A DNA stretch of 64,000 nucleotides, from positions 65,536,001-65,600,000 of the forward strand of contig NC_058368.1 in assembly GCF_018350175.1 (NCBI RefSeq). Reading direction: 5' to 3'. The position numbers and the translations under genes are program-made. Positions 52,872 through 64,000 of the stretch are shown here, in pieces. Positions within the stretch are counted from its first letter, which is position 1, and each line of letters begins with the position of its first letter. The DNA comes from Felis catus (lineage: Eukaryota). The notes under the pieces are model-generated. The model was not told the origin of the DNA. It worked only from the letters and a program-made list of their open reading frames with translations, and did no database searches.

Positions 52872-53017
52872 GTGCCTCTGTAATTAGTCCTCAATACCCC
52901 TAGGCCAGAAGAAGAAATACTAGCTATTTCTTACTAAATCTGAACGATTGGGAATTTACATCATTAAAAGCTTAGTAGCCATTTGTAAACATTACATACA
53001 CATTGTAGGAACATTTT

Positions 53018-53238
53018 TTTTTTAAATTTTTTTTTCAACGTTTATGTATTTTTGGAACAGAGAGAGACAGAGCATGAACGGGGGAGGGGCAGAGAGAGAG
53101 GGAGACACAGAATCGGAAACAGGCTCCAGGCTCCGAGCCATCAGCCCAGAGCCCGACGCGGGGCTCGAACTCACGGACCGTGAGATCGTGACCTGGCTGA
53201 AGTCAGACGCTTAACCGACTGCGCCACCCAGGCGCCCC
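53018..53238 (-). mobile_element. Young felid SINEC_Fc
   Basis: CpG-intact; perfect TSD tgtaggaacatttt at 53004-53017 and 53239-53252. Confidence 0.97.
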
Positions 53239-53267
53239 TGTAGGAACATTTTAAAAATCTAATTCTT

Positions 53268-53428
53268 GGGCGCCTGGGTGGCTCAGTTGGTTGAGTCTCC
53301 GACTTTGGCTCGGGTCATGATCTTATGGTTTATGGGTTCAAGCCCCATGTCAGGCTCTGTGCTGACACCTCAGAGCCTGGAGCCTGCTTCAAATTCTGTG
53401 TCTCTCTCTCTCTGCTCTTTGGCTGTTT

Positions 53429-53473
<45 letters not shown>

Positions 53474-53498
53474 AATAAACAAACATTAAAAATTTTTT
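53268..53498 (+). mobile_element. CanSINE
   Basis: TSD taaaaat(c)taattctt at 53252-53267 and 53499-53513. Confidence 0.95.
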
Positions 53499-54931
53499 TA
53501 AAAATTAATTCTTAAACAGTCACAGCTATTTACTAATGGGCAGCGCATAGCTTCTCAAAGCCTAGAACCAAATCGGGCATAGCCACCATCATTTCCTGTT
53601 TCATACTGATTTTTCACGTGCTATCCATGTGAAAATTAAGGAAGTTAAGGAAAATTAGTGAAAAACCGAGCTTCACAAAGGTATGATGTCATTGAAAGAA
53701 TGTAGTAAAATCTGATGCTGAAACTTGAACTCCTTCCAACAGTTATTTTGTACAGTTTCTTACAAATGTTGAGTTTCTCTGAAAATGTAAAATATTCCAT
53801 GATGTCTCTATTTTGCTGCTGTGGTCGCATGGATCTTGTCACAGGTGAGAATGGTAACAAGGATGAGCTTTGGAGACAGATCTTTCCAAGCTTAAAGATG
53901 AAGCTACTTAATCTTTGTATGATTCAGTTTCTTACTTTGTAAAATAAAGACAAGAAAGATCCTTGACAGTGCTTGACATAAAGGAGGCGCTCAGAAAATG
54001 TTGGGCGGACAGAAGGTGTACCTTGCAGTGGGAGTGGCGACGGGGAGGTAGGGCTTCTTATCCCTGCCATGGCATTTTGCTTATCCTATTCTCAGACTCC
54101 TAGAGATGATAACTGAAGTTGTCTGTGCTTGTATAGCTTTCATTTTGATTCTGAAATACAGAAGTAATGAGAGCAGGATTTCTTTACTGTCTTAGGTCTT
54201 GAAGAACTGTCTTGAGGCCGACAAATTAACATTTTGCGTGTTGAAGAGATTTGATTATCATTTGAGTACTTCCTATATAAACATTTTATGCTGAAATACA
54301 AACTTGGTGAGTCTTATTGTGAAAGAAGTGAAGAAGGGAAGGTCTGCATGGGCAGTTGCTGAGTTTATCAGAATAGCTGTAGGTCGATCTTTTGGAAAAG
54401 AATATCCAGTAATGCCCCACCATGCATCTTCCCCAGTCCAATTTCAATACGCGTCTGGGCTGGGGTTCGTGTGGCCTTGGGATCACCTCTATTTCTAATG
54501 TTTTTGGACTCTGTAAATACTTTAATGAGCAAAACACAGAGATATGATGAGAAGAGACTTGAAAGCTCCAAAGAACAATAAAGTAACTACTTCTCTTTCT
54601 TTCCCCATGATCTAGGGACAAAATCTTTTAGTATCATTAAGCGCTCTTCCTCTTACGGGTACAGATTAATCAGTTGCATTACTACGATTCTTCAGTTGCC
54701 TTTGAGATTATATTCTACTCTGGGCTCACATTCATTTTTTACAAAAATGTTTTCGTAAGTTGAGTCCCTGGTGTGTGGCATATGTTGGATCATGGAATCA
54801 CATTGTTATCATTTGCTGTTGACCTACTGGTGTTGAATCACAGTTTTGCTGGGCTGTTTGCTATATAGAAGAAAGGTTGTAGCAATTCAAATTTTCTTCT
54901 GAGATCTTTCTAGTCTTTATTTTGTTTTTTA

Positions 54932-55160
54932 TTTTGTTTACAAAATTTTTTTTAATGTTTATTTATTTTTGAAGGAGAGAGAGAGAGACAGAGTGTCAGT
55001 GGGGGAGGGGCAGAGAGAGAGGGAGACACAGAATCCAAAGCAGGTTCCAGGCTCTGAGCTGTTGGCACAGTGCCCGACGCAGGGCTCAAACTCACAAGCT
55101 GCGAGATCATGACCTGAGCCAAAGTCAGACGCTCAACCGACTGAGCCACCCAGGCGCCCC
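54932..55160 (-). mobile_element. CanSINE
   Basis: TSD tattttg(t/g)ttttta. Confidence 0.95.
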
Positions 55161-55249
55161 TATTTTGGTTTTTAAATACTGGGAAGCAATATGCTATGTA
55201 ACTGTGTTTGTGTGTGTGTGTACCTACCCATACAAGTTACTAATAATCA

Positions 55250-55439
55250 TTTTTTTTAGTGTTTGTTTATTTTGGGGGGGGTGGTCAAGGGAGGCGGAGG
55301 GGCAGAGAGAGAAGGGGAAGGGAGGATCCGAAGCAGGCTGTATGCCGATAGCAGTGATTCCGGTGCGGGGCTTGAACTCATGAACTGTGAGGCTCGACCT
55401 GAAGTTGGACACTTAACCGACTGAGTCACCCAGGTGCCC
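55250..55439 (-). mobile_element. CanSINE (diverged)
   Basis: Reverse SINE ending cttaaccgactgagtcacccaggtgccc. Confidence 0.9.
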
Positions 55440-57551
55440 TAAATGTCTCAAAGTTTTACACATATGGAGTAAATAATAAATTAGATGTATTCATTTGAAG
55501 ACAAGGAGAAACTACCTGTATTTAAAAATGATGAGAGTATTTACAAGTTTAATACTTCCGTAATATATTAGAGCCAAGGTAAGATGTGAGGAATGGAAAG
55601 AATCACATTTCTCTCTGCAGCTGCCTCCTGCTCTCTTGGACTATCCTGCCCTCAAGCTCTGCCCATGCCTCATCCCCCATATCTCATCCCTTGTTAATTC
55701 TGACCATACCTTCTGTGCCCTTCCAGATCCCTAACCATCAGTTTCTCTGAGAGAAGAAAATAAGGCGATGGTAAAGACCAAAAACATTGGCAGTTTGGAA
55801 CTGGGGTCTGCACCATCTAGGATGGCATGTTTGAAATCATCGCTGTGTAATTGTTGGAACAGATTTACACAATGAACTTACTGGTTTCCTTCAGAGGAAT
55901 TACTTTTGCAAAATACGGAGTAAAAATTTTATAACTAAAAGAATTAGTATTTAAAGTCTTTATTGGGAAATTGACAACATCAAAGGATGACACTAATATA
56001 GATTGAGTGATAAGATCCACTGAAGTAGAACATTCATTGAATTTTAAAACTTCTGGGAAAGTTTAAGCATTCTGATTATGGTCCTGAACAACTTCGCTAA
56101 AGAAGAGCAGCCCTTAAAAATATGAAAGGATCATTTACAATAACGCTTCCCACTGATAAATGTTGCACAAGTGCTTATTTGGAGGTTTCGGGAATGTGAA
56201 CTTAGAGAAATGAACTAGAACATACATTTAAAGACTACTGCGATCTTATACTCTGCCGCTCCCAATGAGCTGGTACAGGAGCTCCACGAGACTGAGAACA
56301 GCCCAGGACTATTAGCTCCAATTTAAATTCCTTTAGCTATCATAAACTCTGGGCAAAAGTTCACTTATTCTAGAGTATTTTACCACCCTAACTCCGTTTC
56401 CCTAGATGATTTTCTCCAGTCAACTTCCGAGGCACCAGATGAACAAACTGAATGGTTATTTGAGGCAACGCACCCAAAGATGAGGAGAATGCAGCTCGGT
56501 ATCAGGCACGGCTAATTGACTGTGGGCATTTTAATAGTTCAAGGATGAGAGAAGTTTGGCATAGACCATGCACTCTGAAGAGGGCCAAGTCTAAAACGAA
56601 TACTGCAGTGTAGTCAAATGGAATCTGGATGCTCAGAAATTAAAGTGTTCTGTTTTGGGAAATGTTACCATCTTCTTTATAGTTTTAGATTTGATTTTCT
56701 ACCTACCTTTTAGGAAAGGTGAGGTTAGTAATCTCCCTCCATACTCCAAATCTCTATAGAAGCCAAGAGTTCGGCTGTAAAATGTGATGTATTCGGGACA
56801 CTTCATCTTGGTTGGTTGTTTGTTTGGAGTGTGCATTTTGAGGTCCCCATGTGTCACCTCTGAGGGCAGAGAGTCTGCCCCACAGACCCACAGAGGCTGA
56901 CTTCTGTGGTTAACGAGGCCCTCCTGTCTCCTGCTCTTTCCCACCATGCCACTCACCAAGTCTATTCCTGGCGGTGTTCAGACCCAGGGCCATCCCTAGA
57001 GAGAGCACGATCTGGCAAAATCACATTTCTGCTGTCACCTCTGTGTCTTGGAGTGAAAACAAACATCTGGGCAGGGATTTGGGGAAAGATGTTGTAAAGA
57101 GTGACACACACAGTTAAAGGAGGCATGTAAAGGGAGGAAGAGCCCGTCTCTTCTTTCTTAGAAAACATGACAATTTATGGCCTGATTGTATGTCCTTCAG
57201 CTTTTGCTCAATCTCTAACTTCCTGTTGGAACTCCCTTCTTCCACATCTATAATTTCCCTTATTTAGTTTAGAGCTAGTGATGAGTTTGATAAAAATTCA
57301 GGAACCTGGGAATTTACTGGCATGAACTTCAGGTGCCCTAAGAAAGCATGCACCTGTGTAGGCTGATTTTCTAACTCTGCACCTGATCTTGATGGATAGG
57401 CACCTATCGTCCTGAGTTGCATGTAGGTTTCAATAAATGTTTGCTGAGTGAAGATGCCATCATCATTGTTTCAATCCCACATTTCCTGCATTTATGGTCT
57501 CTTATTCTGATCTCCTGGAATGAACTATTTACTATTAGCGATAATATTAAT

Positions 57552-57679
57552 GATCTTGGAGGTACCTATTGGCACCCCAGTTGAGCTAAATGTTGTATAT
57601 TAGTGATCTTGGACGTATCTAGCGATTACTGTTTAGATCTTGGAGGTATGTGGTGGCACTCCAATTGAGCTAAATGTTG
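57552..57679. repeat. Diverged ~44-bp direct repeat with a partial middle copy
   Basis: gatcttggaggta...tggcac.cca.ttgagctaaatgttg at 57552-57595 and 57636-57679; gatcttggacgtat at 57605. Confidence 0.85.
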
Positions 57680-57929
57680 GATCTAATTATGTAATAAATA
57701 ACGTAGAGAACCTAAGGGAATTTGAGAGAGTGCGTGGGAAGCTTTTAAAGGATAACGCTTTCTTCTGCTTCATGAGTTACAACTTTGGAAAAGGCTCATT
57801 ATTATATCAAATACTCATAAGTGTTAGAAAGTATGTAAGCCGAGTAAAGTTATCAAATTCTTGCTATTTGGAGAAATTGGAACAGGACGGGCTAGAGGTA
57901 ATTCTTTGTGTAGCAGAGTAGGCCATGTA

Positions 57930-58223
57930 GGATTTCAGAATGTCAGTAGTTCATGTTGCAGGTCCCTGCAACAGTGGTCTCTGTCATGAGCGCTCTGCTG
58001 TTTGAATACTAAAGCATCCATAGACAGTACATAAATGGGGAGGTGGGGCTGTTTTCTGATAAAAGTTTATTTATGGAAAATTGAATTTGACTTTTGTAAA
58101 ATTTTCATATTGTGCAAAATATCATTCTTTAGATTTTTGTCTCCCACCATTATTGTTCTCGGGGCGTATAATCACAGATGGTGGGCCAGATTTGGCCCAG
58201 GGGCCATGTTTTAGACACCCCTG
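57930..58223 (-). mobile_element. MER58B-like hAT-Charlie
   Basis: gcatccatagacagtacataaatg...ggtgggccagatttggcccaggggcc...cacccctg. Confidence 0.75.
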
Positions 58224-58724
58224 TTCTAGGGTCAAAACAAAATAAATGAGTAAACCTACTAAGAACAAATTATGCAATTGTCCTAAGTCTTTGTGGCCAT
58301 TTGAAATTATGAGGTTACTTTGGCAAATATCAGTGATTGGGGGAGAAAACGGTACTTCAATAGGTCAGTTCTTCCACCAAACCTTCTTATCTAGTATATG
58401 TTAGAGAGAAGACAAGGCTCACCCTAGATTTGACCACATGTTTTACGTCCCTGATCTTGTATGCTTGGGAGCATCATCATGGTCTCTACCTAGACACTCT
58501 AACAAGCACTTTGCATAAAAGATTTACTCTTCCTCCAGTAGGATTCTTCAACACCCTGGTAGTCTGTCCATCTCTTCACTGTCTACATGCTTGTCTGTCT
58601 GTCTCTTCATCTCTGCCAGGGCCTGCGTAAAGGCGTTGACTTCTTGGGGACACTTCCAGTTCTATAAAATATCTAATACTGCATTGAATTAGAATGGCAT
58701 CCAGTTATACATGCCTCCATGACC

Positions 58725-58734
58725 TGTGCGCGTG

Positions 58735-58776
<42 letters not shown>
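58725..58776. repeat. (GC)n(CA)n microsatellite
   Basis: Seen directly. Confidence 0.95.
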
Positions 58777-58778
<2 letters not shown>

Positions 58779-59489
58779 AAGCTTGGTTTAAAGTCATCCT
58801 ATGAAGAAGTAAGTTTTCTTCCTGTTTTTATTTATCACTTGACATAAAAATACTGATTTTCTTGACGTGATTAGAAATTACCGTGTTTCCAATCCAATTT
58901 AATTTCATGAAACCATGGAGTTTCTTCCACCAATATCCCAAGTATAACTATTTACCTCAGGTCATGCAATGTTTATTCTCTTTTGGTCAGCTTGTCACCA
59001 AAAGTCCAATGCATTTTGCTGAAAACTCATTTGTAATGATTCAGAAGTAGAATGTAGACCTGATGTACTAAATCTTGAGAAATGGACATTCCATTTACTC
59101 ACGATAGGAAGGGGTGGGGGACGGACTAGGTAGATTTTTGAAAATGGTTTATAGCAGGTCAGAGAAAGGAGCGTTATGCAGAATTGTTAACGCTAAAAGC
59201 CCATTCAATCTGGATACAGAGTTTTATCCTTATAAGTTAGTTTTCATATTTTATATAAAGTAAATTAGAAATACAGGCCATTTGCTTTTGATAAAGCTAT
59301 TTTTCATCCTTATCAGTGTCTTAACCTCTGGAACTCTGCTTCTTACTGGGATGTGAGTATCAGAATGACTTGGAGAAAAGTCGCAAAATTCATATTGTTC
59401 CATCCTTACCCAGTTTGGTATTGTCAGTACCTTCCAATGAGTACCTGTTAGGAACATACCTGTGGTTGAATAAGGGTCAGCGACTGCAA

Positions 59490-59985
59490 CAAGCAGAAAT
59501 AAATACACGGTGGAGAACCATGGGCTTTCTCAGTGACAGGGACTTGGAAAGAATCTATTCTAGGACTGGGATTTTGGTGGGCTGGTTTGGGGGGTTGGTT
59601 CAGAAAAGCAGGGCTTCCCCCTGGATTGGTCAGATGCTGTCAGAAAGCAGAGGTAAATCTACAAAAAGGTATCTCAATAAATCTCATCAATAAGGAAGGA
59701 GAGTATTGTGAGGTTCAGTTTGTAAATGGTAAAGAAGTACACTCATTTTGCCTCAGAGAGAAAGTGTTCAGTACTTTTTGGATGGCATAAGGCCTTGTTT
59801 TTGTCTGTGCTTAACCAAAATTTTGAATTGACTTTGGTTTATCTCATGTATCGTGGTCTCGGAGTAATTTTGTCTGGGGTTGGTATTCTGTGAGATTGTT
59901 TAAGTGTAATAGACTATCATGACCTAGCTGTGAGTTGCCATGCCGGCTTCTGAATGTCAAGGGCAGCCTGTTTTTCTTTCTGAAT
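59490..59985 (-). mobile_element. Old ERV LTR-like element (MER90/MER110-like)
   Basis: ggccttgtttttgtctgtgctta and ctggattgg..gatgctgtcagaaagc motifs; family assignment tentative. Confidence 0.45.
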
Positions 59986-60282
59986 ATCTATCTATCCCCC
60001 GCTCTCCTCTCTAGCACAGTTGTAGTGGCTACTACTTTTTAGTGACACGTTTCCAAGTTTTTATTTCAAAATACTTTAAATGTACAGAAAAAAGCAAAGA
60101 TACTAGTATGATACACATCTGACGTCCATCAAACAACTTCAGAAGTAAACAATTATAAAGTATTTAAGCTCCTCTCTCAAATCCTAATTTTTCCTAGAAG
60201 TAAACTGTTACCTCGAATTTGATACTTATCATTCTCAAGTACAATGCATTTTCATTTCCTTATTTAAAAATATACATATGCT

Positions 60283-60488
60283 GGGGGGCCTGGGTGGCTC
60301 AGTTGGTTGAACGTCCGACTTCGGCTCAGGTCATGATCTCGCGGTTTGTGAGTTCGAGCCCCATATCGGGCTCTGTGCTGACAGCTCGGAGCCTGGAGCT
60401 GCTTCGGATTCTGTGTCTTCCTCTCTCTCTGCCCCTCCCCTGCTCATGCTCTCTTTCTCAAAAATAAATAAACATTAAAAAATTTTAA
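60283..60488 (+). mobile_element. CanSINE
   Basis: TSD aaaaatatacatatgct on both sides (one TA slip). Confidence 0.95.
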
Positions 60489-61462
60489 AAAAATATATAC
60501 ATATGCTATTTTATGGTCTCCCTTCTTCCCAGGAGTTATATAAGATCTGACTTTCGTACACATATGTTGGCATTTTTTATTCAGGCATTGTTTTAAGTAG
60601 GAGCTAAAGCATCAAACAACATAAACAGGAAACACCTACACTTCACACAGGGTCACAGGACATAATTTTGTAGAAGTACCGTGAAACATTATAAATGGAT
60701 TTTAATCACCCCATCAAGTACTTTGTACACTTGGTTTTCAGTGCCCTACAGTGACTTCAATCTCAGGGGCAATTGGTTGGTTTGGTTTACGAAGATGTTG
60801 GGTGGTTTTTCCTTCTTCCCTGCACAGGCTCTGCTAAACATTTTGACACTAACAGAGCTACATCAATTGGAAATGCACATTTTCTGCATTAACAGACCAT
60901 TTTCATTTCATGAAGCAAAGCTTCGGCTCCTCCTTGCAAATAGTCCTGAAGAAAGCAGTATCGCCAAAAGCAGTGGCCTGGTATATCCAGAGATAAATAT
61001 GTTGAATTAAATACCTGACTTTCATTACCTCTTACTTTATATATCCGTAGAGCATAAGCATTAGTTAAGCCCATCAGCACCTTCCTCCTTCCAGGAGAAC
61101 GTTTTCTCTCTGACAAGACATGTCAACGTGGGGAATGTGTGGCACATGAGACATGCCATGAAAAACATACTCACTTTCACCGAGAGAAAAGGTGATGCGT
61201 TCTGATAGACGGACAGGCAGAGCCAGAACACCAGGAATGATACCCATCTTTTCTTGCCTTTGCTGCCACACAGACTGCTAATGAGGCTGAGTGTCTTTTG
61301 CGTGGCTTAAGGTTTCCAAGGACACGCTTCCAACCGTATGATGTCTCTTGTCATCTGGTGTTACTTGGCGTGTTTCAAATTAAAGCAGAGACATCGTCAT
61401 GGTCTTCTGAGGTCTTTAATGTACTCTCATTTACGTGGCATGGCCAGAAACTAAATATCACG

Positions 61463-61801
61463 TGTCTTAGTGTGTTTGGGCTTCTGTCACAAATATCATA
61501 AGCTGGGTGGTTTACAAACAAAAGACATTGACTTCTCACACTTCCGGGGGCTGGGAAATCCATGATCATAGCCCTGGTAGCCACGAGGCGAATGTCTGCC
61601 ATCTAGTTCACAGACACCATCCTTCGCTGCGTCCTTCTGTGGCACAGGGGACCCCTAGCTCTCTGGGGTCTCTTTTCTAAGATCACTAATCCCATTCACG
61701 CCATAATCACCCCCCAAAGGCCCCAGCTCCTAGTACCGTCACCTCAGCATTAGCATTTTGACATAGGAGTTTGGGGGCACACAAACACTCAGACCCCAAC
61801 A
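61463..61801 (-). mobile_element. MLT1A-like MaLR solo LTR
   Basis: tgtcttagt...gggtggtttacaaaca...cactaatcccattca...tttgggggcacacaaacactcagacc...aca. Confidence 0.88.
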
Positions 61802-61952
61802 TCAGGTTCAACTGAAGTCCTGAATGTTTGGGATGTTAAGTCCACCGAGGCCCAGATAAGTTCACGGGGAAGGCCGGACAGGGGTGGAACAGCATCCCAG
61901 GGTGGAAGGGAAAGGTCAGAGAAGCAATGTCCGCAAAGTCCTTATCATTGCA

Positions 61953-61978
61953 TACTGACATTTGCCCTCTCATGGCAG
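61953..61978 (+). promoter_or_regulatory. 3' splice site of exon 2: branch point TACTGAC (A at 61958), short pyrimidine tract, CAG
   Basis: tactgacatttgccctctcatggcag; near-consensus branch motif 20 nt upstream of the end of the AG. Confidence 0.75.
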
Positions 61979-62137
61979 GGGAACACTTAAGAATCTGCCC
62001 TCAAGAATATACATGCTGCACCACGGAAATGGAAGACAAGTTAAGCCAGCAGAGCAAACTCGAGTTCGAGAACCTCGTGGAAGAGACGAGCCATTTTGTG
62101 CGCACCACTTTCGTGTCCAGGCACAAGAAATTTGACG
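61979..62137 (+). CDS. GPC6: Glypican-6 coding exon 2 (159 bp, phase 1 at both ends)
   Basis: Translates to (G)[52 protein letters not shown], which I recognise as the N-terminal Cys-rich region of GPC6 (GPC4 differs here). Bounded by acceptor ...ctctcatggcAG|GG and donor GACG|GTAGGT. The exon number is from recalled human gene structure. Confidence 0.96.
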
Positions 62138-64000
62138 GTAGGTGGACCAGCTTCTGATTCACTTTGTTCGAGGTGTGCTTTCCTGAGGATCTTGGTTTTA
62201 TGTGAAAAACATTTTTTTTTGAAAGCTGGTGCTTTCCTCTCCCTCTTAAACATTTATAACTTTGTTTATTTTTAGAAAAAGCATGAGCTTTCTTGACAAT
62301 TCTTAGAGTAATATGTTACAAAGCCTGCGTTAACGAAGAGCTGTTTTGAGTTTGTGGTTTTGCCTGTGAGATTTATTCTGAAAGATTGAGCTTAATTTTT
62401 CATGATTAGAGTGATTCTAATTCAGGTTTTGTCACATCATAGCTTGTCTTAATTTTTCATCTGGGGATTTTCTTTAAAGTAATTAAGTGTCATTTAAAAT
62501 TATTTGAAATATAGCAACACTTTCGAGAAGACAGGCTTGTTTTAAGTGCTAATGACACAGACTCCTTTATTTTGGAGTTTGGCCCTCCAATAATGCAGCC
62601 ACATTTTGCCCTGCAGTGACAGTGCATTCTGCCCAACGTTTAAATCCTGTATTGATTTCCTGATTATAAGCAATCAACTTCATTTCTATATTCTATTTGT
62701 TAAATAAACAGTTGGTATGAGAAAGCACAGAGAGTGAAAGTGATTATTACGAGGATGGCGACATTGAATGTTCTCATCAGCACTTGAGAAAAATATTCAA
62801 AATCAATCTGATTTTCGTAAACTGAATTAATGATCATGATAAAGTTAAAATTCTTAGGTGGTTGCATGATGTTTAACGCTCTAAGAAATGAATGCACGTG
62901 CCGTGGCTCATTGTAAACCAGACTCGCAAATTGTGGCAACCCTTCCTGGTACCTTTGGGTCTTATTAAGTTGTCCTTGGGCAGTGGGACTGCCATCATTT
63001 CCCTTATCCTCTCCAGTCCATGCACCGCGGAGCTAGTTTAGAAAAGGCTCGCCGAAGTTTTGATTTTCCTTTCTCTTCTCTCTGTAGTAGGTAAAATGTT
63101 CTGCTTCATTGCGGCTTTAACCTATTACAGCAACACCAATTCCTTTCAAATCAGCCCTCCGCGTCCTAAAAGGCAGGTCCAACCTGGTGGTGGTTTCAGT
63201 ACTTAAGCTGATGTGACATTTTCCATGTAAGTCAATGGGACTTGCTCTTCTCTGCCAAGTGTTTGAACATTTGCATGGTCTTCTCTGCCCCTCCCTCTGT
63301 GTTCAGCTTTATATGTGGAGGTATATGAAAACAATTCCTTATTTAGAAGTGACGCTGTGCGTGTTGGCGGGGGAGTACTTAGTTGTTGCCCTTGATTGAC
63401 AGATTACAAATTCGGTGACATTCAGGAGCCCCTGAAGGGGCTCTGTGCTGGAGGAACTGTAATGTATCACTTCACATTGAAGCAAATTGAGACGCCTTAT
63501 CGTTTGTTACAGAAAGCACGGAGAGTGATCTGGTGTTGTTGACTTTTACCTGTCTTTGGAAAACAATTCTAGTGCCTTTTCGAAGCTGGACTCCAAAATT
63601 CCGGAAAAGGAATTCTGGGACAGCCTCTGTGATACACAGCGTATATTCCTTTTAATGAAAATACTTTGTGTCTGATAGTTTTATGAGGAGCTGATTCATT
63701 TTCGTAAATATTTTTTTGAATGTTTGTTTATTTTGAGAGAGAGAGCCTGAGTGGGGTGGGGGTCAGAGAGAGGGAGAGAGAGAAAATCCCAAGCAGAACC
63801 CGACACGGGGCTGGAACCCACGAACCCCTAGATCGTGACCTGAGCTGAAATCAAGAGTCAGACGCTCAACTGACTGCGCCACCCAGGGGCCCCTGATTTA
63901 TTTTTTTAAATGCTATTTAAAAGGAATGAGCCTGATACTTGTATTCTCATAGCAATGCCTTTTAACAATGACTTTTTTTCCCCCCATACTAATGACTTTT
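62138..64000 (+). other. GPC6: 5' part of GPC6 intron 2
   Basis: Begins with GTAGGT donor; the exon frame stops at TGA 62155-62157. Confidence 0.9.
63703..63893 (-). mobile_element. CanSINE with a short internal deletion
   Basis: Reverse SINE; flanking ctgatt(c/t)atttt. Confidence 0.92.

Larger units (their letters stand above)
1..61978 (+). other. GPC6: 3' part of GPC6 intron 1
   Basis: No other recognisable GPC6 exon upstream in the window; repeat-rich; GPC6 is known for very long introns. Confidence 0.85.

Noticed and set aside
57552..57679. Repeat-spacer pattern as a CRISPR-like array
   Set aside because: Only two diverged copies plus a fragment, in mammalian intronic DNA with no cas genes.
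61927..62157. 76-aa [12 protein letters not shown]...GRWTSF as a standalone gene
   Set aside because: Only 61979-62137 matches GPC6 and it is bounded by canonical splice sites; the flanking codons are intronic read-through.
1..64000. A previously undescribed gene system
   Set aside because: Apart from GPC6 exon 2, I could support no coding or RNA gene. Conserved non-coding elements or lncRNA exons cannot be assessed without alignments or expression data.

Overview
Mammalian genomic DNA from a cat-family carnivore, judged from about 24 tRNA-derived CanSINE copies, three of which match the young felid SINEC_Fc type as I recall it. The window is almost entirely intronic. It covers the last ~62 kb of the very long first intron of glypican-6 (GPC6, + strand), its 159-bp coding exon 2 (61979-62137) and the start of intron 2. 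The rest is CanSINEs, L1, L2, MIR, CR1, MaLR/ERVL LTRs, hAT and Tigger fossils, and microsatellites. Nearly all ORFs in the supplied track are repeat-derived or chance. I see no evidence of a new gene system. The most notable structure is an apparent L1 3'-transduction with a twin-priming inversion that splits an older L1 (3905-5550). Others: a ~500-bp UG-rich repeat with ~22 sense-strand UGCAUG motifs; a SINE flanked by a ~78-bp duplication that later received a second SINE; two tightly spaced head-to-head SINE pairs; a ~115-bp dispersed direct repeat; and a frame-symmetric exon 2 bracketed by inverted SINEs. Repeat subfamily names come from recalled consensus sequences and were not checked by a search.
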